Positions 36,358-47,100 of a stretch of 55,833 nt of DNA are shown one piece after another. Source of the DNA: Euryarchaeota archaeon RBG_19FT_COMBO_56_21 (GTDB taxonomy: Archaea; Thermoplasmatota; Thermoplasmata; UBA10834); NCBI GenBank assembly GCA_001800815.1, contig MGWC01000018.1, forward strand, positions 1 to 55,833, written 5' to 3'. The position numbers were made by a program, and so were the translations under genes. The number at the start of each line of letters is the position of its first letter. The stretch's first letter is position 1. The notes beneath the pieces were generated by a model. The model saw nothing but the letters and a program-made list of their open reading frames with translations, did no database searches and was not told the origin of the DNA.

Positions 36358-37584
36358 CTAGAATATTCTGCTCCTGGCTGCGACCGTCCCTCTAACGACT
36401 GCACCCATGCCAATCATCGTTCCCTCCCCGATGATCGAGCCCGCATCTATGCTCGCATTTATCCCGGTCTTCACGTCGTCTCCCATGATGACCCCTAGTT
36501 TCCTACGGCCGGACCCGGTCCTCTTACCATCCACGATGACTTGGACCTCTTTCCCATCCAGCCGGAGGTTTGCGACCTTCGTGCCCGCCCCGAGGTTGCA
36601 CCTCTCCCCGATGACGCTGTCGCCCACGTAGGTGAGATGCGGGATGTTCGTGTTGCTCATCACTATCGAATTCTTGATCTCAACTGCGGCTCCAACCTTG
36701 CAGTGGTCTCCAATCGACGTGCTAGGCCTGAGGTAGGTGTTCGGGCCGATCTCGCAATCATCTCCTACTGTTGCGGGGCCGACAACATAGCTACCCGGAA
36801 GGATTCTGGAATTCTTGCCCACATGGATGTCGCCAATGACCGTGGCGCGCTCGGAGACCTCTCCCTTCACCTCCGTCTTGAGATCCTCCATCAATATTCT
36901 GTTCGCCTCGATGAGGTCCCATGGCCGGGCGACATCGATCCATTCGCCTTTCAGAAGATGCGTGAACAGATGCGTCTTCTTCATCAGCGTCTTGAAGGAA
37001 TCGGTTAGCTCATATTCGCCCCGAGGAGATTTCTTGGTCTCCGAAATGGCCTCGAATATGTCTGGCTCCAGCATGTACGCGCCAGCGTTGATCGTGTTGC
37101 TCTCGGGCACGTCGGGCTTCTCAACGATGTCCTTGACCACGCCGTCCTCGGCGATAATGACGCCATATCGCTTCGGGTCTTCCACGGTCGTCAAGGCCAT
37201 CACATTTCCCTTGACCTTACGATGGTGCTCGACAAGTCCTTTGACGCTCTCCTTTGTCAGCACAACATCGCCGTAGAGGCACAGGAAAGAAGAATCGATC
37301 TTGTCTCTGACCATGCCTACGGCATGGGCGGTTCCCAGGCGCTCCTTCTGTTCCACGTACTCTATCCTGACCCCGAACTCCTTTCCGTCCCCGAAATGCT
37401 CCCTTATGCGCTGCGCTCTCCATCCGACCAGGAGTATCAGGTCCCTGATGCCGGCTTCCTTCATCGCCTCGATATTGTGCTCGAGGAAGGGTTTGCCCGC
37501 AACTGGCAACAGTGGTTTAGGAATGTTGGCAGTGAGTGGGCGCATCCGCAGACCTTCGCCCGCCGCGAGTATGTACCCCTTCAT
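36358..37584 (-). CDS. glmU: Bifunctional sugar-1-phosphate nucleotidyltransferase/acetyltransferase (archaeal GlmU)
   Basis: ILAAGEGLRMRPLT...PKPLLPVAGKP, Q..RLGTAHA, VEKP, C-terminal hexapeptide repeats. Confidence 0.92.
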   Translation of the reverse strand: MKGYILAAGEGLRMRPLTANIPKPLLPVAGKPFLEHNIEAMKEAGIRDLILLVGWRAQRIREHFGDGKEFGVRIEYVEQKERLGTAHAVGMVRDKIDSSFLCLYGDVVLTKESVKGLVEHHRKVKGNVMALTTVEDPKRYGVIIAEDGVVKDIVEKPDVPESNTINAGAYMLEPDIFEAISETKKSPRGEYELTDSFKTLMKKTHLFTHLLKGEWIDVARPWDLIEANRILMEDLKTEVKGEVSERATVIGDIHVGKNSRILPGSYVVGPATVGDDCEIGPNTYLRPSTSIGDHCKVGAAVEIKNSIVMSNTNIPHLTYVGDSVIGERCNLGAGTKVANLRLDGKEVQVIVDGKRTGSGRRKLGVIMGDDVKTGINASIDAGSIIGEGTMIGMGAVVRGTVAARSRIF

Positions 37585-38885
37585 TTCACACACTCCCTGA
37601 CGGCCTTCGATATGATGGCCATGATGTCCGAAGCGAGCGCGTCTGATCTCGCCTCAGCAAGGAACCGGATCCTCGGCTCAGTGCCGGAGGGCCTGATGAG
37701 CGCCCAGCCTTCCTTGAACTGGAGTCTGTGCCCGTCCATTGTGAGCATTGACTCGCACTCTATGCCCTTCAGTTCCCTCTCGATCCCGTGCAGTATCTTC
37801 TCCCGGTTCTTCGGGTCGAACTCGACATGGTCCCTAAGGATGGGGTAGCACGGTATGGCCTTCCTCAGCTCTGAGAGCTTCTTCTCTTCCACGAGTTCCA
37901 CAAGCCTCGCAGCGGCGAGGACTCCATCAGGGCAGTATGTCTGATCGGGGAAGATCCAAGTCCCCGAGGGCTCTCCCCCAAAATCCGCCTTGCTCCGTTT
38001 GACCGCTTCGCTCACGAAGACATCTCCGACCCGGGTCCTAATGATCTCAGCATCAACATAATCGTCGATGGCCATCGATGCGTCCACGGTGACCACGATC
38101 TTCTTCTTGCCATATCTCTTAGCGAACAGTGCTAGGAGCTGGTCGCCCCCTACGAACCGTCCCTTCTCATCGATCGCCATCATTCTGTCGGCGTCTCCGT
38201 CGTGAGCTATTCCGAGATCGGCCTTCATCGATACGACTGCCTTCATCACGTCCTGGAGGTTCTCTTCCGTCGGTTCGGGAGGTCTTCCTGGAAAATGCCC
38301 GTCCGGGTTTGAATTGATGGTGATGACTTTGCAGCCCATCTTCTGCAATAGCAAAGGAGTGATGTTTGAAGCAGGCCCGTTCGCGCAGTCGACGACGACC
38401 TTGAGAGTGGACTTCCCGACACCTGCGAGGATGCGCATGATGTGACACCGGACGGCGTCCTGGAGCACGTGACTCGTGCCCACCTTGTCCCAGGGCTGGA
38501 GCTTGAACTTCTTTGATTCCAACTGGCTCTCGATGGCCTCTGTCTGCCGAACTCCGAACCCTGAACCATCAGGGTTCAATAGCTTGATCCCCTCATACTC
38601 TGGTGGGTTGTGGCTCGCAGTGACCATGACACCACCGCCGAGCGCCCTGGAAGCTTCTGCGAGGGTAGGCGTTGTCACAAGGCCTGCGTGGAACACCTCG
38701 CAACCGGCAGCCATCAGACCGCTCGATACTGCGGCTTCAATCATCGGTCCCGCAGTCCTCGAGTCCGTGCCAACGGCTGCGGATTTCATCTTTGACCCGA
38801 CCGCCATTCCTATCATTGCGGCGAGTTCGGGGGTGAAATCCTTGTTGATGACTCCCCGAACACCAGACGACCCGAAAAGCGACAT
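37581..38885 (-). CDS. glmM: Phosphoglucosamine mutase
   Basis: LFGSSGVRG, TASHNP, DGDADR, GGEPSG, IRPSGTEP. Confidence 0.93.
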   Translation of the reverse strand: MSLFGSSGVRGVINKDFTPELAAMIGMAVGSKMKSAAVGTDSRTAGPMIEAAVSSGLMAAGCEVFHAGLVTTPTLAEASRALGGGVMVTASHNPPEYEGIKLLNPDGSGFGVRQTEAIESQLESKKFKLQPWDKVGTSHVLQDAVRCHIMRILAGVGKSTLKVVVDCANGPASNITPLLLQKMGCKVITINSNPDGHFPGRPPEPTEENLQDVMKAVVSMKADLGIAHDGDADRMMAIDEKGRFVGGDQLLALFAKRYGKKKIVVTVDASMAIDDYVDAEIIRTRVGDVFVSEAVKRSKADFGGEPSGTWIFPDQTYCPDGVLAAARLVELVEEKKLSELRKAIPCYPILRDHVEFDPKNREKILHGIERELKGIECESMLTMDGHRLQFKEGWALIRPSGTEPRIRFLAEARSDALASDIMAIISKAVRECVK

Positions 38886-39015
38886 CTGATGAAGCCTCTC
38901 CAATCTGAATACAGTACTCAGTTATATTACATATGTGTGGGCAGAACGGCAGTCTGAGTCCGTTGCCAGGAACAAAAAGAGAAAGAGGAAGTGGTTTTCC
39001 CAATGATGCCCAATC

Positions 39016-41184
39016 TCAGGTCGCGCTCAGGACCGCTGTGCCGTCGACGATGGCCTGATCGACCTCTAAGGTGGTCACGACGAGCTTCGAGTACAGAACA
39101 TCCAACTTAGACTCGAGCTGGGAGATCTCCCAAGAATAGTCCGCACCCGCGCTTCCGATCTTCTCCTCGATCGAACTGTGGACCTGATGTACGTTCGTGA
39201 CCCACGGGAGATATCCTTCTGCCCAGTTCAGATACTCGGTCCCGTTGAATGTCCACAAGCAGTCAAGATACACTGGATAGCTCACGTGCTCCCCCCAATC
39301 CATTGTGGCGACATTCTCAAGCGACATGAGGGCGGACTCTCCGTCCCCCGCCTCCAAGGCAAAGATGGCGTCCATCAGCTGTCCCATGTCGTTCGTATAA
39401 GTGTCGAACTTGGAGACAGTGCACCAGCCAGGAAGCGGGTTCTCGAGGCCGATGTCCTGATCCCAAATGTGCGGGTTGACAGTCTTGACGGCCAAGTGCA
39501 GCTTTGCGTTGATAGCGGTGATTTTCGCTTTCGACGGGCGCTTGAGGCTGTCAATGTACTTGTCTAGCGCAATGGCTGACGCATCGAACTCATCGAGCTG
39601 CGAGACCAGGTTTGCGATATCAGCGTCTGGTACTCTCGCGAGCAGAAGATCCAACGCCTCCCTGACGTTCTTGCTAATCTCTGTCAGCTCGTAGGGCAGG
39701 AGCGCGTTCTCGCTCATCCTGAGAGCCCCCACGGCCCTGTACACCATATCTGCCATCAGGTACTCTGGATCAATCACCCTGTCGACTGTCGAGATGTCCA
39801 TGTGGTAGTAGAATTCCCCATGGAGGCCCGTGAGATCTATGTTGTATATGCTGCACGTCGGCACGCCTGCGGCGTAGAACGACCAGCTGTCGAAAGAGGA
39901 CACCGGCGTGAATATGAAGGGCAGCATGAGCGAGCTGATCCCAGTGTCCCTGAACAGCTTCGTCAGGAACCCGCCCATCTCGGGTGTGGTCTCGACGAAC
40001 ATCACGGCTGCCGGAATCCCCACATAGTCGGATACGAAGCTCATCACTATCCTGTCCGCCCATTCGGGGTGCAGCTCCGTCATGAAGAAGTGCGTCCCGA
40101 GGGCCCAGTCCCAGAACGATTCCTGAGACCCGCCAGTCCCTGACTCGTGCCCGCTGCACGTCATGAACACTATGGTTCTCTTGGGCTGGATGCCTGAGTC
40201 TGTGATGGCTTTCGCGATTGCCATCTGCGATGCGATTGCCGCGTTGTTGTCGTTCGCCCCGCTCCACCAGTGGTCGTGGTGTGCCTCGAGCAGGACGTAC
40301 TCGTCAGGGAACTCGCTTCCCCAGATGAACCCATACACGATGTAGGCATCCCTGTCCTCCGTGAACCGGTTGTCAGCAGAGAGTCTCACAGTCACGGGTC
40401 CTTGCGCAAGAAGGTCCTTGACATACAGCGCGTCGTTGACCGTGATGGAGAGCGTCGTGGCATTGTTGTGGGCGCAGTCCATATTGATGCCCGCCGGATC
40501 CCTGGCAGGATTCCAGATTATCGCTGCTAGAGCTCCATGGTATACAGCTTCGCGGACTGAGGGTCCCATGTACCACATGACCTCGTTCCTCTCGATCAAT
40601 ACGATCTTACCCTCAACACCTCCGGGAACTGCCTCATAGTCCTGCGTCCGTCCGTAGCCGACATCCACAAGCTCCGCCTCGATAGGTCCTCCGCCAGGCG
40701 TCGACCAGCTCATTCCATGGCTCCTGGTCGGTATCGCCTTGTGCTCCGGAGAGATGACCTCAAGCGAAGCGGACACCGGCTCCCAATTCACCAGCTTGAA
40801 GGACTCGATTGTCACGTCCTCCAGTCCGACAGACCTCATCTCGTTCGCGATGTAGTTCGAGGTTTCGTAGTCCTCGATGCTTCCCGGGATGACCTCTCCC
40901 ACATACGGGTAGTCGAAGCTAGACAGTCTCCAGAGCAGGTCCATGGCATAGTCAAGGTCCAAAGTGCCTTTCAGCAGCTTCTCGTCCGCAGACAGAGGCG
41001 ACGGCTTTCCCGCCTGCGCCGGAAAGGCCGCGAAGGCCATGCTGGCCACTAAGATGAAACATACCACAAGGACCAACAAGCTCCTTGTCCTTCTCCAGCT
41101 CCATTTGCCATCGGGCCTGCCCGCTAGCATTGAATCGCTGTCTCTATCGCATCCTCCCATTCTCTGATCCCCTTGCCGAGGCAT
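39016..41184 (-). CDS. Secreted M28-family aminopeptidase with a PA domain and a TfR-like helical C-terminus
   Basis: Signal peptide; PA domain (LVDVGYG..DY....GKIVLI); AHHDHW, GANDN, GHESG, YYH. The exact start is uncertain. Confidence 0.85.
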   Translation of the reverse strand: MPRQGDQRMGGCDRDSDSMLAGRPDGKWSWRRTRSLLVLVVCFILVASMAFAAFPAQAGKPSPLSADEKLLKGTLDLDYAMDLLWRLSSFDYPYVGEVIPGSIEDYETSNYIANEMRSVGLEDVTIESFKLVNWEPVSASLEVISPEHKAIPTRSHGMSWSTPGGGPIEAELVDVGYGRTQDYEAVPGGVEGKIVLIERNEVMWYMGPSVREAVYHGALAAIIWNPARDPAGINMDCAHNNATTLSITVNDALYVKDLLAQGPVTVRLSADNRFTEDRDAYIVYGFIWGSEFPDEYVLLEAHHDHWWSGANDNNAAIASQMAIAKAITDSGIQPKRTIVFMTCSGHESGTGGSQESFWDWALGTHFFMTELHPEWADRIVMSFVSDYVGIPAAVMFVETTPEMGGFLTKLFRDTGISSLMLPFIFTPVSSFDSWSFYAAGVPTCSIYNIDLTGLHGEFYYHMDISTVDRVIDPEYLMADMVYRAVGALRMSENALLPYELTEISKNVREALDLLLARVPDADIANLVSQLDEFDASAIALDKYIDSLKRPSKAKITAINAKLHLAVKTVNPHIWDQDIGLENPLPGWCTVSKFDTYTNDMGQLMDAIFALEAGDGESALMSLENVATMDWGEHVSYPVYLDCLWTFNGTEYLNWAEGYLPWVTNVHQVHSSIEEKIGSAGADYSWEISQLESKLDVLYSKLVVTTLEVDQAIVDGTAVLSAT

Positions 41185-41400
41185 GCAACGAAGCGCATAC
41201 CTCGAGAGACGAGAGGAACGAGGGATTATAGCCCTGTCGAATTTGGCATTTCCTCATCGCAAGACTCCCTTAGGCAATATAAGGCATCTCGGAAGCGGTG
41301 CGATGCTAGGCGGTGACACCGAGGTGCTCGGAAGGCCGCCAACGAAATGCACAAATGGGAATCATAACATGAGCGCTTCGGACAGCTCGGACTCAACTCG

Positions 41401-42558
41401 TTAGAGCGTGACTATCTCCTCATGGACGGGCAGCTCGAAGTCGGGAAGCCTGTTGATGACATAGTCTGTCGGGAGATGCTCCGGGGCGACTATTCCCTTC
41501 CGCTTCACCTTGCCGGCGATCAGCAACTCGGCCCCTATCGCACCGCCCACGCCGACGAGGTAGCCGACCGCATTGGATCTGCAGAGCTCGTACGCCCTGT
41601 CGTGTGACATGATGATCCATTCCTTGAGCATCATCTTCTTCCCGTCCTTCTTACCGATCACCTCAGCGACGATGCACGAATATCCTTTAACCTTCCCGAT
41701 GGTCTCGACCGGCCTTGGGATGAGCGCGGTGACGACGTCGATCGGCCTCACGCTCACGCCGTCCACATCTACGGGGTCGAAGCTGTGCATCCCCAGCTTC
41801 CGGAGCATGTTCGCGGCTGCGGCCAGGTTGTCGCTGACAGATATCTTGAAGTCCGCCTTCACGAGTCCCTTGATGAATTTCGGCATCAATCGAGTCTCCT
41901 CGTGGTTCGTGTTGTAGACAGGCAATGGGCCAACGGGTTCCGGGAAGTTGTACAGCTCTCTCTTGTGCAGGGGCGGAAGAAGTATGAACTCCCCGTGCCT
42001 GAATATCGGAGCGGGCGTGGTGACCTCCTCCATCATCTCGAGAGGAGACCAAGTGATCACGAAATCGCGCCCATCAATCTTGGATATCTCCCCGTCCCGG
42101 ATGTACGCCTCGGTGGCGCTGTCAAGCTTCCCTATCGCGTGCTTCGCCATTATGTCCGATATCCCCGAGTCGCAGCCCATTGCGTGGATTGCTGTCAGAC
42201 CAGCATCCTTGAACATCCTGTGTATCTTCGCGAAATCCCTGATGGATTCGTTTGACATGGAGAAGTCCAGGTAGTCCAGTCCCAACGAGACAGCGGACTC
42301 CATGACGCGGACATTCAACTCCCCCGGAAGAGCGAACACGACGAGGTCATTCCCGCGCAACAACCTCCTTAAGACTGGCTTGTCTCGCGCATCCACCTGC
42401 TGAACGGAGAACTTGTCGCTCCCAACCCGTTTCGCCATCCGCTCCGCGGCGTCCGGATCGATATCCGCCAGGACTATCTCGTCGACCTGCTCGTTAGGTT
42501 CGAGCAATTCCGCACAGACAAGCCCCGTGATACCGCAGCCAAGCTGGACCAACCTCAA
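41401..42558 (-). CDS. Saccharopine dehydrogenase-family oxidoreductase (carboxyspermidine or lysine dehydrogenase-like)
   Basis: LGCGITG Rossmann motif, YLDFS, GCDSG, TWSP, HEE. Confidence 0.85.
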   Translation of the reverse strand: MRLVQLGCGITGLVCAELLEPNEQVDEIVLADIDPDAAERMAKRVGSDKFSVQQVDARDKPVLRRLLRGNDLVVFALPGELNVRVMESAVSLGLDYLDFSMSNESIRDFAKIHRMFKDAGLTAIHAMGCDSGISDIMAKHAIGKLDSATEAYIRDGEISKIDGRDFVITWSPLEMMEEVTTPAPIFRHGEFILLPPLHKRELYNFPEPVGPLPVYNTNHEETRLMPKFIKGLVKADFKISVSDNLAAAANMLRKLGMHSFDPVDVDGVSVRPIDVVTALIPRPVETIGKVKGYSCIVAEVIGKKDGKKMMLKEWIIMSHDRAYELCRSNAVGYLVGVGGAIGAELLIAGKVKRKGIVAPEHLPTDYVINRLPDFELPVHEEIVTL

Positions 42559-42649
42559 GCGATCTCTCCCGCTGTCTCAGTAATGGCGTTGAACGTAGAT
42601 ATTGTTAGCCGAGACATTCCAGAGACGCTTGAAATACTGCGAGAATCCG

Positions 42650-43492
42650 TCACCGGTTGAAATACATCGAGTGCTCCGGCAGCTTCCCGAAAATCCTGAA
42701 GCCGAGTCTGCTGTAGAGCTTCACGCCATCGACCGTCGACAACACGACGACTATCTTGAAACCGAGGTCCCGTGCCTCGCGAAGAGCGGCTGCAATCACA
42801 GCGGACCCGACTCCCTTGTATCTTGCGGATTTGAGAGTGCCAACAGTCTGCAGGCCAGCCACATCGTCGCTCCAGTTCAGCATGCATGTTCCGACAGGCT
42901 CGTCACCGATTAGGCCGAGGTACATCCGTCGAGACATCTCCTTCCCGCTCTTCGGCCTGAGCTCCACGTTGTAACAGGGATTCGCCATCATCCAAGGGAC
43001 AAGTTCCCTCGGCGATTCCCACGAGGACGCGAGACACTCGGTCCACTTCCTCGAGTCCGATGCGTTTCTCACTGTCCTCACGACGAGGCCTTGCGGTTCC
43101 AAGAAATCTCCCATAACCAATTCGAGGTCGATCGCCATCGCAGTGAGGTCGTAGTCATGAGGAAAGCCTTTTGCCTCGAGGCGCTTGCCCATGTCCCGCG
43201 GAGTGCACAGGAGGCCAGCATACCACAGCAAGGGGGACTGCCTCGCCTTGAAGTAGCTGATTACGGAATCGGTCGCGGCGTCAGCAGTGTCTTCATCGAA
43301 ACTGGTTCTGAGCACGACATTGAAAATCTCCTGTTGTATGCCAGTGTATGCAAAGGTGGCCCCGCTCTCCTCTCGAAACTCGGCGTTATTCGAGTCGCAC
43401 GCAGCCCTCCAGTAGTCGATGAAGTTGATCTCGCACAGCCTGACGATATCATCCGGCGATAGTTCGGCAAGGGATTTCTCGCGTGTTGACAA
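42650..43492 (-). CDS. GNAT-family N-acetyltransferase
   Basis: VGTLKSARYKGVGSAVI acetyl-CoA motif, LYSRLGF. Confidence 0.88.
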   Translation of the reverse strand: MSTREKSLAELSPDDIVRLCEINFIDYWRAACDSNNAEFREESGATFAYTGIQQEIFNVVLRTSFDEDTADAATDSVISYFKARQSPLLWYAGLLCTPRDMGKRLEAKGFPHDYDLTAMAIDLELVMGDFLEPQGLVVRTVRNASDSRKWTECLASSWESPRELVPWMMANPCYNVELRPKSGKEMSRRMYLGLIGDEPVGTCMLNWSDDVAGLQTVGTLKSARYKGVGSAVIAAALREARDLGFKIVVVLSTVDGVKLYSRLGFRIFGKLPEHSMYFNR

Positions 43493-43753
43493 GAGTCTCA
43501 GGAACCCGTACGCGAACGTTGTCTATGACCCTTTCGAGAGAGCTGGCTTTCACGACTGCGAGAGACATAGACTGCCTGGCAGAGGGCGAAAACAGAGCCA
43601 GCGCATCTGGACGTTCGGTCATTCTGCGTCAATAGACGAATAGCCAGATGTCTCCGAGAACGTAGCCAGCATACACAAATCATTAAATACCAGCCAATAA
43701 GATACATCTGCTGGCCTATGTCTGGATGGCATGGCCAGAGCACAGTCGGAGGG

Positions 43754-43981
43754 ATGAAAAAAATGGTCATGGAACCAATAAGCGTTGAGAAGGCAATGGA
43801 GATTGCCAAGAAGAAGGGCATCAAGCCGGGCCGCGTCAAGGGCACGAACGGGATTCAGTTCACGAAGGGCAGGAACTCGCGCCTCGAGATCATCGACTGG
43901 GACGAGTTCAAGACGACCCTCTCGAAGAGAAGGCTAGCGGTCTACGAGAGCGGCGGCTGGATGAAGATAATGAAGAAGTGA
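43754..43981 (+). CDS. Small basic hypothetical protein
   Basis: GGAGGG SD; PGRVKGT...LEIIDWDEF....LAVY pattern. The start could be 43754 or 43763. Confidence 0.75.
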   Translation: MKKMVMEPISVEKAMEIAKKKGIKPGRVKGTNGIQFTKGRNSRLEIIDWDEFKTTLSKRRLAVYESGGWMKIMKK

Positions 43982-44020
43982 GAAATCACTTCTTCCCAAA
44001 CCATTAGTCCAAAACCCTTC
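43976..44020 (+). repeat. 45-bp direct repeat, left copy
   Basis: AAGTGAGaAATCACTTCtTCCCAAACCaTTaGTCCAAAACCcTTC; 40/45 identical to 54155-54199. Confidence 0.9.
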
Positions 44021-44119
44021 TTCTGATACATTTTTCGAATCATATTCTGATGCGACAGAGTGTGCCAACGTCTGGGATCTCAAGGAAACGCATGCTCCCC
44101 CCTCCCTCGAGCAACAGAA

Positions 44120-44133
44120 AGTGATTAATCACT
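44120..44133. promoter_or_regulatory. Perfect 14-bp palindrome upstream of the giant surface-protein gene
   Basis: AGTGATTAATCACT, 58 bp before ATG 44192; the central TTAAT could be the TATA element. Confidence 0.4.
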
Positions 44134-44191
44134 CCAAACCGTTCAGGGGGACAGTCTCAAGCGGTGGTACTATCCGCGGGGGGAGCGGGGC

Positions 44192-47100
44192 ATGAGATCG
44201 ACCAAAGTCTATTCTTTAGCGGTTTGCATGTTGATGGTTTTCATCGTTCTGGAAAGCTCTGGAACAGTGTCTCCGGAAACGCCCGCGCCTTGGGTCGTTA
44301 CGGGCACGGAATCACGTGAGAATGAGTTCCTGCAGGTTTTCAACGACATTATTGTAGAGAGCGGGGGGGTTCTGACCATCACCAGCTGTCAGCTGGAAAT
44401 GGTCGACCCGGGCAACTCTGTAGGAATTGATATTGAAGTCAAACAAGGTGGGACCCTCAATATCATCGGCTGCGATTTGTATGGCAATCTGGACGCGCTC
44501 TATGGCCAGACATACTATGATTTCGTGGTCAACGGAAGATTGACTGCATCCGAGTCAACGTTTGCGAATATCGGAGGCGTTGGCCCTGTTGGCGGGCTGC
44601 AGATCTATTCGAGTGACGTGACCCTGTATGCATGCCTGATGAGAGATTCACCATCTTCAGGGGTGTACGTCAAGAATGCTGCGCCGTCCCTCGAGGAGGT
44701 CATTACTCTCAATACAGTCTATGGGTATTACTTCGACGGAGACGTCCAGAACACAGCGCTTTCTACTTTCGCAGACGGTGACACTCAGGAGAGGAGGACA
44801 CTCATTGGTGCCAGTTCATCCAGCGACATATCACTGTCGCTGCCAAGTGGCGCGCGGATTTCAAGTGCTGAGATTAGGCTGCAAGGCTCGTTCCATCAAC
44901 CCACAGTGGCCGCAGGATCGCCATACTCAGGCGGATTTGCCAAGGGGATGGGGATAGACGCGGGTTGGTGGTTCAGATATTGGGACCCCGGGCAGTGGGA
45001 AAGGGGCATATATGCGGCAGACGACACCAAAGGACTGCTTCTGATGTATGACCTCACCAATCCGTATGTGCTGGTTCCAATCACCATGCCAAACCAAAAC
45101 CTCGGTTATGATCTCACCAACCCAGTCGATGCCACGTCTGATGGATCATATGCATACGTCATCGATGGGGCACACGTTGACAAGTTCACCGCGCGCCCAG
45201 ACGGAGGGGGTAGCTACATTGAGACCTACAGCTACGGACTCAAGTCACCGCAGGCACTGGATTTCGGAGAGGGGCAGGTCTACGTTGCTGACGGAGTGAA
45301 CAAAGTCAAGGCCCTCTACACTGGGACGACTATATCTACCAACATCGCCAAGGCGATGGATATCGCGGTACATGACGGGCGCATATACGTCGTCGATAGC
45401 AATACACACATCGATGTGCTGACCACGGATGGGACCCACCTCTTCACGATCTCTGACTCTATGACCAAACCCATCAGTATTGATGTCGAAGACATGATAT
45501 ACGTCATAGATGACACAAGAACAACGGACGAACTGGTTGTCTTCGGCCTAGACGGTTCGTTCGTGTGTAGGACGAGTGCTAGCCTGTCTGGACCGAAGGG
45601 CGTCACTGTGGACGATGGAGGCCATGTCTTCGTCCAGGACGCGACAACTCACATGGATGTCTTCGACAAGGGATTTCCGCTCAATCCGAAGATAGATATC
45701 GGCTCAGATGGTGATTTCGAGTGGACCTACAATGGATTCTTCTCAACTTCGGTTGTGCTCAACGGAGACAACTCGGCGATTGTAGAGGAATTGCAGTCAT
45801 GCATTGATGAGAGCTCAACCAGCACTGCTAACATACCGATCACGATTCAGTGTGACGCCACTGGCGAATTTACGATTTCGGATGTGCTGATAACGTACTC
45901 CATGAACACTGATGTCCAGTCCTGCTTAGCGTTCAACAACGTATATGGCATGATGTTCGAGGACTCGTCAAGTGTGAGATGCAGCGACATCCGGGTGCGC
46001 CACAATACTCAGGGCATCCACCTTGTTAATTCTGGCCCGACAATCCAAGACTCATCTATTGAGTTCAACACGAATTACGACATGTATCTAGAAGACGCCG
46101 TATACCCCACGCTTGTCAATGTTATCTACGATGGTCAGAAGGTGTATCTTCCAACAACTGCTGACTCCGATGGAGACGGCCTCCAGGATGCCGTTGAGGT
46201 ATTCAAGACGAAGACAAATCCCGCCCTCAGCGACACAGACGGTGATGGATTCGCTGATGGGCTGGAGGTATCCGCCGGGGCCGACCCACTGAGTCCTACG
46301 GACATGGGTCCAGACGATGACTGCGACCTGTTGGGGATTCTCATGGAGATTCAGTTGGGAACGAGCCCCACAGATTCCGATACTGATGGAGATGGGATCT
46401 CGGACGGCGTCGAACACTATTTCCTCGCCTCAAATCCTCTTGACTTCGACACGGATGGCGACGGTCTCGGAGACGGGATAGAGAAATCTTTCGGCCTGGA
46501 TGTCAATCTTCCAGATAGCGATAGCGACGGCGTCCAGGACGGGACGGAGATAGCTTGGAGCTCTGATTCGGACGGCGATGGGAAGATCAATGCTCTGGAC
46601 AGTGATTCTGATGGTGACACTTTACTGGACGGAGCGGAGATCACACTCGGAACGGATCCTCTCGTCCTCGATACCGACAATGACTTGTTGAACGACAGCG
46701 CGGAGAAAGGGTTCTGGGACAGCCTTGGCGGCTTGAGCTTGGTCGACTCTGACAACGATGGATTTCCGAATGTCCGTGACATCGATTCCGACAACGACTG
46801 CCTCCGAGATGGCCAGGAATCAAGACTATGGTGGACAGCTGACTCGGACTCAGACTTGATACCCAACGTACTTGATGGCGACAGTGACGACGACGGAATC
46901 TCTGATGGTGAAGAGGTACTAGGAGAGCAGATCGGTGGCACGATATCCATTGAAGGTGCTGATTGGGCGGGCGTTGAGAATCGAGATGGTATGGCCAAGT
47001 GGACCTACGACCCGATTGCCGGGAGCGCCGTAGTGTCAGAGTCGATTGACGAGATCTACCTATCAGTGGGGACGTGGACTGACGGAACCCAGGCCAGCTC

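Noticed and set aside
39016-41184. GHE instead of GEE in the M28 peptidase as a sign of inactivation
   Set aside because: From recall, GHE occurs in M28 subgroups, and the other metal ligands are present.
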